A stretch of 64,000 nucleotides of DNA from Antedon mediterranea (Eukaryota > Animalia > Echinodermata): NCBI RefSeq assembly GCF_964355755.1, contig NC_092673.1:33105648-33169647 (forward strand), given 5' to 3'. Numbering within the stretch: the stretch's first letter is position 1; each line of letters begins with the position of its first letter. The notes below the pieces were generated by a model. The model worked only from the letters and a program-made list of their open reading frames with translations. It did no database searches and was not told the DNA's origin. The translations under genes and the position numbers were made by a program. Shown piece after piece: positions 26,801 to 38,464 of the stretch.

Positions 26801-29800
26801 AAACGAAAACGGTAAGTGTAAACTTGTAAAAAAGTGTAATGTTCCCAAATATGGTAGTGATATGCTTAAATATGGTAGTGATATGACATCATCATGGCCG
26901 TATGGGCACATCACATTCTTTTTGTCACATAAAGTATGGTATGTAGTGTATCCAGATCTTTAGTTTTGAACTTCTATGCACATTTATATGAACAGTGCCA
27001 AGATATATATGTCTGCATATTGCTGTCTCCCAACCACCCCCAGGGTGGACATAGAAAATGTATATTTATTATCCATTTATGAGCAAATTGCGACGTCTTC
27101 ACGTCATACCATGAACTGGTTTTCGATCCGTTCTCTACAGTAGAACACAGCGTAAGGAAGTAACCGCAGTGCAAGTAATTCGACCAATCACGATGCGATA
27201 GAGAAACTGTCGATTCTGATTGGTCAACAGTGATTAAGTTCACTTAGGTTGACCCTGGTCTCCCCAATTTCTTTTTGTTGTTGTTATGTATAGTATTTGA
27301 AATAGACCGAATAATGATGAAATGAAATGAAATGAAACTCACTTACGTTGTGCTTACGCCCCTGTGTTCCTTCCAACAAGTGGAAAGCAAGTAGGCCTAC
27401 TTACACAAACACAGGCATGATTATTTTTTTATAGATAATTTTACTGATGGCGTACACTGGTTTATCGTTATTTATCCTACAGGTTGTTCTTAAGTAGTTT
27501 GATTGCACTGTCGGTGACGTTTTTACTTTTGTTCATGTCAGCGCTAGTTATAAATGCTACAAGTAAGGATTGTTCTTATGAATATCCAAGCATGCCGTTT
27601 TTGCAGGTAATCTTTATTATTATTACCACCGATATAAAAATTTTGACAATTATACAACTATAATAAATTTAAATTTATATAACAAATCAATTACTATAAA
27701 AGGCAGGTAATCATTATTATTATTACCACCGATATAAACATTTAGACAATAACAACTAATAAATTTAGATTTATATAACAAATCAATTACTATAAAACGC
27801 AAGTTGATGTGTTTGTTGAGTAAAATTCAGTCATTTAGTTTGATTCGTGAATCTTGCACGCACGTTACGTAAGAACTTATGGGCTTGAATTGAGTAATAA
27901 AGTGACCCTGCAGTTATACTTCATTTATTTGAAAATGTATTGATTAAATTCTGTGTTATGGTTGGTTATTTTATAGATACTGCCATACACAGTAACCCAT
28001 GGCTTGAAACATCATCCTGGGATGCCTGGTTTCTTCTTGGCTGTCATTTTCAGTTCGTCAATGAGGTACACATTATTCAAGAGAACACACGAGGCGCATC
28101 ACATTCATACATAATAATAAATAATAATAATAATAAGATTTATAGAGCGCGCATATCCACAAAGTGCTCAAGGCGCTTGCTTCACGTTTGTATCAAACTC
28201 TAGGAGTCATTTCGACTAGAACGCATGAAGCGCAACATGTCATCAAGGAAGCTTAATGTTTTACGTTTAAATTAACGCTTAGGGCTCGTTCTGACTAGAA
28301 CACATGAGACGCATCACGCATACGTCACGTCATACAGCTTGTTTCATTTCGTCTATCTGGAACACATGAGATTCTCCAATACATCACACAGCGTGTTTCT
28401 TTTTCAACGCTTAGGACGACTCATTTCAAACCATGAGACGCGTCACGAATTTCCCGTCACGTACACGTCAGGGAGAGAGCTTGTTTCACGTTTACATCAA
28501 CACTTCTCATTCAGACTAGAACACATGAGACGCGTCACGTATACGTCACAGTGCTTGTTTACCATTTGCATCAACGCTTTAATATTCATTTCGACTACTA
28601 TCTAGAGCACATGAGACGCTCGAATGCATCACACAGCGTGCTTCTTTATCAACGCTTAGGACGACTCATTCTAACACATGAGATGCTCGAATACATCACA
28701 AAACGCGTGTTTTTTTTATCAACGCTTAGGACGACTCATTCCAACGCATGAGACGCGTCACTTACACGTCACCGAGCTTGTTTCACGTATTGTGTTCAGA
28801 CTAGAACACATGAGACGCGTCACTCATACGTCACAGAGCTTGTTTACCATTTTGCATCAACGCTATAATATTCATTTCGACTATCACATGAGACGCTCGA
28901 ATGCATCACACCCAGCGTGTTTCACACCAACATTTGGACTCATTCCGTCACACACATCACAGAGCTTTCACTTTTTTAACTACTGTATTTTGAAAAGTGT
29001 TATTTTTAGCTTTACAGCATCGGCCGTGCATTCAATGTCAACGGTTTTAGGTGAAGACGTTATTAAGACTACGTTTAGCAAAATACGGGATTCTGTGTAT
29101 CTTAAGTTGCTTAAAGTTACGGGTAAGTGATTTGAAAAGGTCTTCATCAGTGGCAAAATCATGTTTTAATGTGCCAAGCGTGAAAAATAAAACATACTGC
29201 ATATCAATTACAGGGCCTAAGTTAAAGGCATGCTTTGGTTAACTATAGTGGATGATATCAACCATTCAGCCATTTTTAAATTAAAATTCCTTTTTTTCAG
29301 TTGTCTGTTTTGGTCTCACTGTAACCTTTGTTCCGTTGATCATGAATGGTAACCAGGCTGAGCAAGTAAGTAGGCATATGGTTAACATTTAATAATGTAC
29401 TCCTAGTAGTTAAGTTGTATCGTCGTTGTTACAATAAATCACAGAAGCTTAAGTTTAATTTTGAAAAAAACGTCGTCTATTTTATTGGCGTCACCAACTT
29501 TCTTGCGACAAGTCACTCTTCTCATTATTTTATCACAACCATATGCAATCCAAGTAATTTATTATTTCTATAACATTAATTATTTTATTGTCACCGAATT
29601 ATTTTTCTCTACCAGTTAGCATTAAGTATTCCTGGCTTGCTTGGTGGACCTCTTCTTGGGTTGTTTACACTGGGTATTTTCTTCTCTCGAGTAGACGGTG
29701 TGGTAGGTTTAAACTCTTTTCGCATACAATAAACATCTAAAGGCCAATTTACACAGACGAGCGGTAACGGTAATAAAAAAATAGAATCTGTTATTCCTTA

Positions 29801-31820
29801 TGACCAATTACACAATTAAAGCGCGGAGCAGACGGACGGTTTCCGCTTAGGATAGATACAAATTCTACGTGGGACAACCTACACAGTTTTCGGCTTACCG
29901 TTACCGCGCTCGTCTGTGTAAATTGGCCGTTACGCGCACGTTTCAAATAAACGCTGAATACATTCGCACAAAAAAATAAAAGATAATTGATATTCAGTTA
30001 TTTTTATATCTAGGCAGCATCTGTTGGTTGTGTATTCTCCATTGCTGTCAACATCTGGAGTTACATATACGGTAGCAAGATGGATGTTAACACCCTGCCT
30101 CACCTACAACTTGGAGGCTGCAACAGCACTAGAAATGGCACCTTAATATACGCACGAGGCGTTTCTGATGATACGTAGGTATAGATCAGAATGGGAAACC
30201 CCAAAACTAATTTACTAATTAGTAAGAGAAAGAAAGGCTATAATTATTTGACTTTTCATTGTATCTTTAGTTTACCGTTTTTTAAAAAGTCGAGAATCCT
30301 CAGATACACTGCGTCATTTTTACCTCCATGCTTTGGGCATGCGCGTTCAAACGGTGATAAGTATTATAGTAATACACCTTTTTTACGCGCGCGTACACAA
30401 CGTATTTATGATACAGGTTATACTTTCAGGAAAGAAGACCATATTTGGCACTTGTTGTTTTCGTACACTTGGTATGCTTTCTCAGGTTTTGTAGTAGCTG
30501 TAGCCATGGGTATGACAACGGGACTCGTTAGGGGTAAGATCACAAGTAACTCACTTTCGCCTTTCTCTCAAACCATGTTTTTCATACCACCGTTCTCTGA
30601 TCCCATTTTAAATTTGTTTCGATTGACGCATTGATTCCTTGTCACAGGATGTCGTCCACATAAGAATTCAGAATCCTCGTTTTTCAAGTCGATATCTCCG
30701 TCTCGTTCTTGTATTTGTTTCGGTAAAAAAAGATTCAGAAATCACGATACAAATCTTGATAATGATGATTATGATTACTATGGTGGTGATGATGACGACG
30801 ATAGCGAAGGCGGAAGAAACCATAGGGTAAGTACGACGTTCGAAGAATTATCAATCGTTAACGGGTTGTAAACAACGACAATACTAGTTTGTATTTGTTT
30901 GTTATTTTTTTTAGGAATTCCATGAACTAGAGCTGTACCACCGGTCGCCATTCCGTGGTTCGAATTCGCGATGGCTTACCGAAGGAAATAGATTTTACAA
31001 ACAGGACAGTACTGAAGGAGCGGCGGCGCGAATTGAGCAGCGACGCCCTTTCATTGGACTCCGGTCCTCGTCTATGGCAAGCAGCACAGATTCGGCGTAC
31101 GCAACCGTGCGTGGCTTTGATCTTATCAACCAAATAGCGCAAATACACGAGTTGGAGAACTATGAAGAAGAAGCTATCAACCGAAGTGCTCATACTGAGC
31201 ACGTTCAAGAAGACATTGGCAGCAAGATGCAGTCTGTTGGAAGGTTTAATGTCGCTAAAGTTCCTTTAAAAGAGTCTTCTACACAAAACACCAGTTCTCT
31301 TGATGAACCAAGTACAAGTAAGCGTGGCAGATTTACAGTAACCCCATTGAAAGAGAAGACGACTGAAGCCATCACTACTTCAACAGAACATCATAAAAAT
31401 CCGACACGCTCGGTTAACCCAAAAGAAACTCATTGCGAACGAACTGCGCGCGAAATTATTTCTTATGACAATGACCACCAGCAGACTATTAAAAATAACA
31501 GATTCCAAGTGTCTAAAAGCAGTTTGAATGCAATACTATCATCAGAAACAAATTTAGAAGAAAAACCTTCCAATGCGGTTGACGAAGTTTACAAAGGCAA
31601 TAAAAAATCGTCTTCCGCAGACGATCCACGCTCACCAGATCACAAAGGACGCTTTTTGATAAGTAAGTGTAATCAAAGTGCAGCCCAGTTACCGATTGTG
31701 AAATTGTTCAGTCCAAATAGATCATCGTTTGTTGCTCCAGATATTGGAACTGATTTGCTTCTAGAAATTGACAACGAATTATTTAGTAGAGACCAGGCTT
31801 ACTTGGAAACTGAATTATAG
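23860..31820 (+). CDS. Divergent SLC5 sodium:solute symporter (SLC5A5/A6/A8/A12-like clade) with a long C-terminal tail
   Basis: Exons 23860-24201, 24989-25054, 25675-25726, 25940-26004, 26175-26320, 26680-26811, 27483-27606, 27977-28065, 29010-29122, 29301-29365, 29616-29702, 30014-30174, (30271-30360 possible), 30430-30533, 30648-30826 and 30915-31820 keep one frame. Motifs: FLKVRFS, GGLRAVVWNQVFQ, VNQSYIQR, PGMPGFFLAVIFS, GGPLLGLFTLGIFF, SYTWY; the protein ends ETEL*. Confidence 0.88.
28205..28970. repeat. Degenerate complex tandem repeat in an SLC5 intron
   Basis: Recurring actagaacacatgagacgc(g)tcac, caacgcttaggacgactcatt and agagcttgtt blocks. These account for the spurious ORFs at 28339-29000. 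Confidence 0.75.
29742..29928. mobile_element. MITE (PIF/Harbinger-like ends)
   Basis: TIRs ggccaatttacacagacgagcggtaacggtaa ... ttaccgttaccgcgctcgtctgtgtaaattggcc. Confidence 0.75.
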
Positions 31821-32437
31821 TTATTCAAAGCAAAAACATTTGCTGACGAAGATGCTGATGAGCTGAAGAGAACACTAATTTACACACACATGGTGGGACC
31901 GACCGTGTCTATAGAAAACTTTAATTTATACGCACAGTTAACTGTACCAATAGCCTCGTATAATCTGACACTGTAGGCTGATTCCAGTACAGTTTTCCGA
32001 TTTTCATATTTATACTTTTGCTGAAAGTCACCCAACACACACAAAATGACACGTCGCGTATCGTCATACATACAATACTTTTAATAATATTGTTTATATA
32101 TTGGTTCAATTAGGTATTTGTAAATAAATATTATCACACCTTGACAATTGATAAATAATATCAGGGATCCCTGATAATATATACGGTAGTCTCAAAGTTT
32201 GAGAATCTAAAATATGGATTTTTGTACAGTTACAGATTTTTAACCTACTGTATATGGGTAATAATAAAATATATTAATACCGTACTCTACTTGATCTGCG
32301 TACAATCAAAAGGGCAAAAATCGCTTCCCCCCCCCCCTCCCCACCAAATGAACTACTGGCCAATCATAAAACGCCAACCAATCATACAGTATACAGTAGG
32401 CCCATCTTTCCAATTACTCTCTTTACCAAAGGGAAGC

Positions 32438-32567
32438 GAGAACTAAGATCTAGTCATGGTGCTACTGGACATTCCAAGGAGCAAACATAGTTGGGGAGAT
32501 CGGACTTTCAGTGTTGCTGGACCTAGGCTTGAGCAATGAATGTTGGAATGGCGCTATATAAATCGAA

Positions 32568-32601
<34 letters not shown>
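32438..32601 (+). mobile_element. LINE (L2/CR1-clade) 3' end fragment with (gatt)n tail
   Basis: Encodes HSWGDRTFSVAGP, typical of L2 ORF2 ends, followed by ggcgctatat and (gatt)n. A second copy lies at ~40618-40871. Confidence 0.7.
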
Positions 32602-32603
<2 letters not shown>

Positions 32604-32711
32604 GGAACATTATTTCAAAATAGGTGGCGCTCTGCCTTTTTAATTTTTTTTTCTCCAGATATCGAGTCACGTGAAATACATCTGTTTTGTCAGGTGATAA
32701 AACAAACAAAA

Positions 32712-35700
32712 ATGAAACCGATAACATTTATCATTTATATTGCTTTTTATGCAATAGAAAGCCATGCATACGATTACGATACGAAGTACTATGATCAAAC
32801 TATAGATCATTTCAACTTTGCTAGTTATGGAAGTCAAACTTTTAAACAGAAATACCTGTATAATGGTAAGTTTATCTCTAGGGCCTTTTAGTTAGGCCTA
32901 GCCTAGTCAGCCTGACTGACTCGTGACTGCTGGCTGAGACCATGGAGTAAGGTTAAACCATGGAGGTATATACCTCCATGGTTAAACCTACTAGGGTGAT
33001 AGTACTAGGCCTACACTTAACACTATATTGCATGCTAGACAAGGCAGGTGATGTACGGTTGTAGGACCGGTCTATTTTATTTATGGCCTAGCTAGCTAAG
33101 CCTAGGCCTATATCATATGTTGATTTCAGGTAATATTATATGTGAATAATGATTAATGAACAAATAATAAATAAAGATACATTTTTATTTTTAAAGCTTT
33201 TTATATATAATTGAATTAGTTGTTTATTCCTACAGCAGAATAGACACATGTTTGCAGTTTTATATTGTTTCAATTTCAACTCATAAGTCATTTATTATTC
33301 TTTTTTTACAGATACATATTGGGATCGTAGTAATGGACCAATATTCTTTTACACTGGAAATGAGGGACCTATTGAGGGCTTTCTGCAGAACTCTGGACTT
33401 GTCTACGACCTTGCAGTCCAATCAAAAGCCCTCATAGTATTTGCGGAACATGTTAGTGCTAAAAACATTCTTCAACAACATCTCCTTTTTTTTGCGGCAT
33501 TCATGTTTTGTAAAAAAAAAATATAAAAAAAAAAATATAAAAATGAAAAAAGGTGTATAAATAATTAAACCCTATAAACTTTTGTATCAGACCTCCCAAC
33601 TCTCTGATTTTTTTGAAAAAACATCCTGATAATGAATAAATGTATTACGCTACCTAGAGGCTTTAGTTTGTTAACTACAGAACTTGCATATCCAGTGTTT
33701 ACTGTAGATACTGATGCCTTAATAGCGCACCCCTTAAATTTTTATATGTTTTTAACTTTTTAAAGTGCTATCTCTTTTTTGACCATGCTTTCATTATAAT
33801 TATTCTCCGATATTTCACTTTTCCAAGATAGGACCTCGGTATACTACTTAAAAACAAGCAGGATTGAATAAGTTATAAACAAAATTGCCACTGTAATAAT
33901 GCACTTGTCAATTGTATGACTCACTATACGACCCCCGGGAGAGGTGCGTCATTTACAAATAATTACTGACGCAGGGGTGCGTCAAAAAACCTAGATGGTA
34001 CGTCACATCAATGAACAAGGTGTGTCAATGTCCGTCACTTTACCACTCACCATATCATAAACAACATGGTCACAGTGCGTCAGAATGGGTGCGTCATGGT
34101 CACCTAAAGGTAAGTCACCTTTTTGACGCACGGGTGCGTCATGGTATTCAAAAGTATGACGTATAGTATAGTATAGTGGGTCATACAATTGACAAGTGCA
34201 TAATACCATTCATAGTATACATTATTTTATCTGTATTATTACTGTTGCTGGGGGATTTGCTATTTGTCTGTTAACATGTAAAGAATTTTCTTTATTGTAG
34301 AGATTTTATGGGTCGTCACTGCCTTTTGGAAAGGACTCGTTCACACCAGAGAAAATCAGTTTATTGACGTTGGAACAAGCGATGGCTGACTACGCCATTA
34401 TGATCAAACATTTAAAAGAAGATTTATCGGTTCAGAATACACAGGTCATTGCATTTGGCGGAAGGTATAAAGTATAAAGATATGCTGCATGAAACTTACA
34501 TTCTCTGCACCATTTTTCATAACAAATTTACCACCTAATAAAATGTATTGACCAACAAGGTAATTCATTAGTCAATAATGTAATCAATAGTTGAGTCTTT
34601 GATATATGATGACCTCTGACCCAAGTCCTATGTGTATTGTGTTGTTGGTTGTTGTCTAGATATAAAATCCGCCAAAAAGTGATGTTGTGTAATCCAGTAT
34701 TAAAAGTCTTCACATGGGATAATGATAATATTATATTATAAATGTTACTAAAGTGTGTTTTAATTAGTTAAATATTTGTAATGAATTATTATCATAGTTA
34801 TTGATATGTTATTTTCTTTTGTCTGCAGCTATGGAGGAATGCTAGCTGCTTACATGAGATTCAAATACCCAAATGTAATAGATGGAGCATTAGCAGCAAG
34901 TGCTCCTATTTATCTGATTGCTGGCAAGGGAGATCGAACTGAGTTCTTTGCAGATGTGACAAAGGTAGTAACATTACATCTAGACCAACTGTTGGGCTCT
35001 GTCGGCACTCTCAAACTTTATGTGATGTGCCCATATATGGACATGATGATGTCATATCACTGCCATATTTGGGCACATCACACTTTTGATAGTGTGGACA
35101 GAGCTTTAAACATTTAATTAAGACTCAAATGTTTTGATGAAGTATTACTGTACTCCGATGTTGTATAAGCCTGCTGCTTACTTTGAAGGTAATTTAGAAA
35201 AAGAAAAAAAAATATTTTTTACTATTGTTGCTTATGTTTTCTGTTTAGTCTGTGCTGTATTTTTTTTTTATACCATACATAAGCCCACTACTTTAAAGTG
35301 AGCTTATACTGGAATGTGTACAGCACTAACTATCTAGTATATCATTTCTACATATCTATCTAATGTTTTTTTTGTACAGGACTTTGAGAAGGCTGACCCA
35401 ATGTGTCCTAAAACAGTCATGACTGCTTTTAGTAAGCTGGATAGTCTTGTGCAAATGGGTGATCAAGGTATGTACAAATTAACTATGAAATGGTGAAATA
35501 TAAACATATATTATATATAGCCTATATGTAAAAATGTGAATGTGATTGGTCGAAATGGCATCACATGACTATTGTTTCGAGGATCGTAAACGTTATTGAT
35601 CCCCAATGTCATTTGAAGTAATTTTCGTATCCCTGTCATTAGACTTACAAAATCCACTGAAATCCTGAGGACCCAGTCATTTTCGTGCAGCAACTCACTC

Positions 35701-38464
35701 AGCTTTGTTTCTTAAAAATATATAGTCCCTCAATAAAAATATCATATGACTATTTTGCTTTATTATTTCAGGTCTTAAGACAATCACTGAAACATTTAGA
35801 TTATGTAAACCACTCACTGCAGCTCAAGCAACGCATCTTAAAGGCTGGGTACGCAACTCATTCACCAGCCTAGCTATGATGGACTACCCATACCCTACAC
35901 ACTTCTTGGCTCCATTACCAGGCTATCCAGTTAACGTAAGTATTACTGTAACAGACAATCTATACATGACCATGTAGTCTTGGAGGCCTTATAAATATTT
36001 AGTTCTACAACCAAGCTCTCTAGAATAAGAGGACAGTGGGTACCACATACTAACCTAGCCACAATTTGAATAGATATTCATTTTATATTACAATTTTATA
36101 AATACTATATGATAATTCCTTTTCAGTATGCATGTAAAATGATTTTAGCTGCTGCTGATCCGTTACAAGGCCTGGCTGAAGCTGCAGGTAATATCACATT
36201 TCATATACTTGTATACAAAACCAATATGCACTGAGGAAGGGGTAGTGTTACCGGAAAGCTCTGCAATTTCTCTCTGGATGTTTTACTTCATATTGTTTTA
36301 ATTTAATTTTTTTCTTATTTTATTTGTATCTTCATTGAGATCCAGTAACTAATGCAGCAGTAATTTGTAATTTGCCTTTTGATTTTGAAATTCAATAATA
36401 CACTGTTTTGAATGAAGGATGTTTAATGTTTAAAAGTTGAAGTTGAGTTTTACATTAATTCTTAGTTGAAGGATTACTGTAGATCAAATTTAATTTTTGT
36501 AGGTTTGTTTTACAATGGCACGGGAGGCAGCTTGAAATGTTTTGACATTTTCACTGAATTTATTGAATGTGCGGATCCTACTGGTTGTGGTACTGGCAAC
36601 GACGGATTAGCATGGGATTACCAGGTAAAGTAACCTCAGATGTTCTAAATCACAGTAGCTAGCTAAAAGCAAACATTTCTAGATTCTGTTTAGACGAGAG
36701 AGTGTTTGAATTGGCAGCACTCTGACATGACGGTGACCCTTAGGAGAGAAGTATAAAAAGTTCAAGTTCTGGTTGGGCACTCCTAAGGGGCCCTCTGACG
36801 CTGGGTAGTTGCATTGGGTTGTTCATTCTCTAGGGCCCCTTAAGCTATGGGGCCCTTGGGTTTAGCCAGTGAGTGCTCATAGCTGTTACGCCACTTCTAA
36901 GTCCACAGCACCATGAGAAATGATTGTTGGAATGGCACTAGCTTTAACTTTACACAAGTCTGTAGAACTAATTGGATAAACCGTGATTGCACTGACTTGA
37001 TCTTATTCTTTCTCACATACAAGTTTGATGCTTTTACCAATGTGTCACATTTCTTGTAGTATGATGATTATTTCTTCAAACTTATTAGATTAAAAATTAA
37101 TTTTTTCAGGCTTGTACTGAATTGATCTTACCAAAGGGGTCCAACGGACAGACAGACATGTTCCCGTCACTTCCTTTTACATTGAAGATGAGGGATGAGT
37201 ATTGCCAGAAGACATGGAATGTAAAACCAAGAAATGACTGGCTTGATATTAGTGTGTGGGGAGAAGGTATATAATACTACAGTCACACTCTCAATATCAA
37301 ACTTTCCATGAGAAATTTAAACTTTTTTAGCATTCAATTTGGTCACATTATGTTATATAAAATACATTCTGAAAAATAAAATTTCCAGGAAATCTTTTAG
37401 GTTGGCTTAAGAGTGGACCAGTTTTAGGACAGATTTAAATTTTTTGGGTGACCTATGACCTAGGAATTAATTATTCCATGGTAATTCGTTGTGCACATCT
37501 GCGCACATTGGGACATGCTTCAGCATTCATAGTTTTGTTAGATTCTAGGTCCAAACAACTAATGACACAATATGCATAGGTCATGGGTCGCCGAAAAGGT
37601 TTCCTATATTAATGAAAAGGTAAAGAAATAAAAATTGAATAATAATTAATTCTACCAATTCTTGTTCACTAAATTTATTCATTCTTCACTTTAGATATAA
37701 AATCAGCAAGCAATATAATATTTTCAAACGGTGAGCTTGATCCATGGAGAGGTGGTGGCGTGCTTTCTAATATATCAGACACCCTAGTGTCTTTCATTGT
37801 TAAAGGCGGTGCCCATCATTACGATATGAGGTAAGTGAGCGGGAATGATCTATTCAACATTTATTAGTTTCTATCAATGGTAAAGCAATACAATAAAAAG
37901 AATGATAATTTATAATGAGAAAATACAAAAATACCATTAATAATAATTAATCCTTAATACAGTGTCATCCAGGGGCTGATCCAGGATTTTTCAAACGGGA
38001 GAGCGCTAACATGTGATATTAATAGTCTGTCAAGTAGTTAATAATTTTATTTTCACCGTCAAAAGGGAACGCGCAATTCTCGCGCTGCTCCTGAATCCTC
38101 CCTTGACATTTACATATCTCCCAAGTGATAATTGAGTGAAAATTTTTTATTATTCCATATCACCATCTCACTTAATCAAACAGTAACAATACAGTATTGA
38201 AACTAATAGAACCCGGTGCATTGAACATGGTAGGCACTGCACTATTAGCTCTAGTGGGTTTGAAGAGAGTCTATCCAAATTTCACTTTTTGTCTCCAGTT
38301 AAACTGAGGACAACTATTAATACATTAATTTAATATATTTATTTCTCTGCAGAGGTTCAGATTCAAGAGACATTCCCTCTGTCATAGGCGTTCGTGCGGA
38401 AGAATCAAATCTCATAAATAAATGGATTGCGAAATCAAAGTTATTAAAAAGAAAAAACATTTAA
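32712..38464 (+). CDS. DPP7: Dipeptidyl peptidase 2 (S28 serine peptidase)
   Basis: Exons 32712-32865, 33312-33451, 34301-34464, 34829-34964, 35380-35467, 35772-35935, 36127-36187, 36503-36624, 37110-37266, 37695-37830 and 38353-38464. Signal peptide; DHFNF; [11 protein letters not shown]; AEHRFYG; catalytic GGSYGG, NGELDPW and [19 protein letters not shown]...AWDYQACTE favours DPP7 over PRCP. Confidence 0.93.
33899..34201. mobile_element. MITE in DPP7 intron 2
   Basis: Perfect TIR atgcacttgtcaattgtatgac ... gtcatacaattgacaagtgcat, with internal ggtgcgtca subrepeats. Confidence 0.8.

Noticed and set aside
28205-28970. Repeat array with variable intervening sequence, superficially CRISPR-like, with overlapping ORFs
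   Set aside because: It lies in a eukaryotic intron, the repeats are degenerate, the intervening sequences are themselves repeated, and there are no cas genes.
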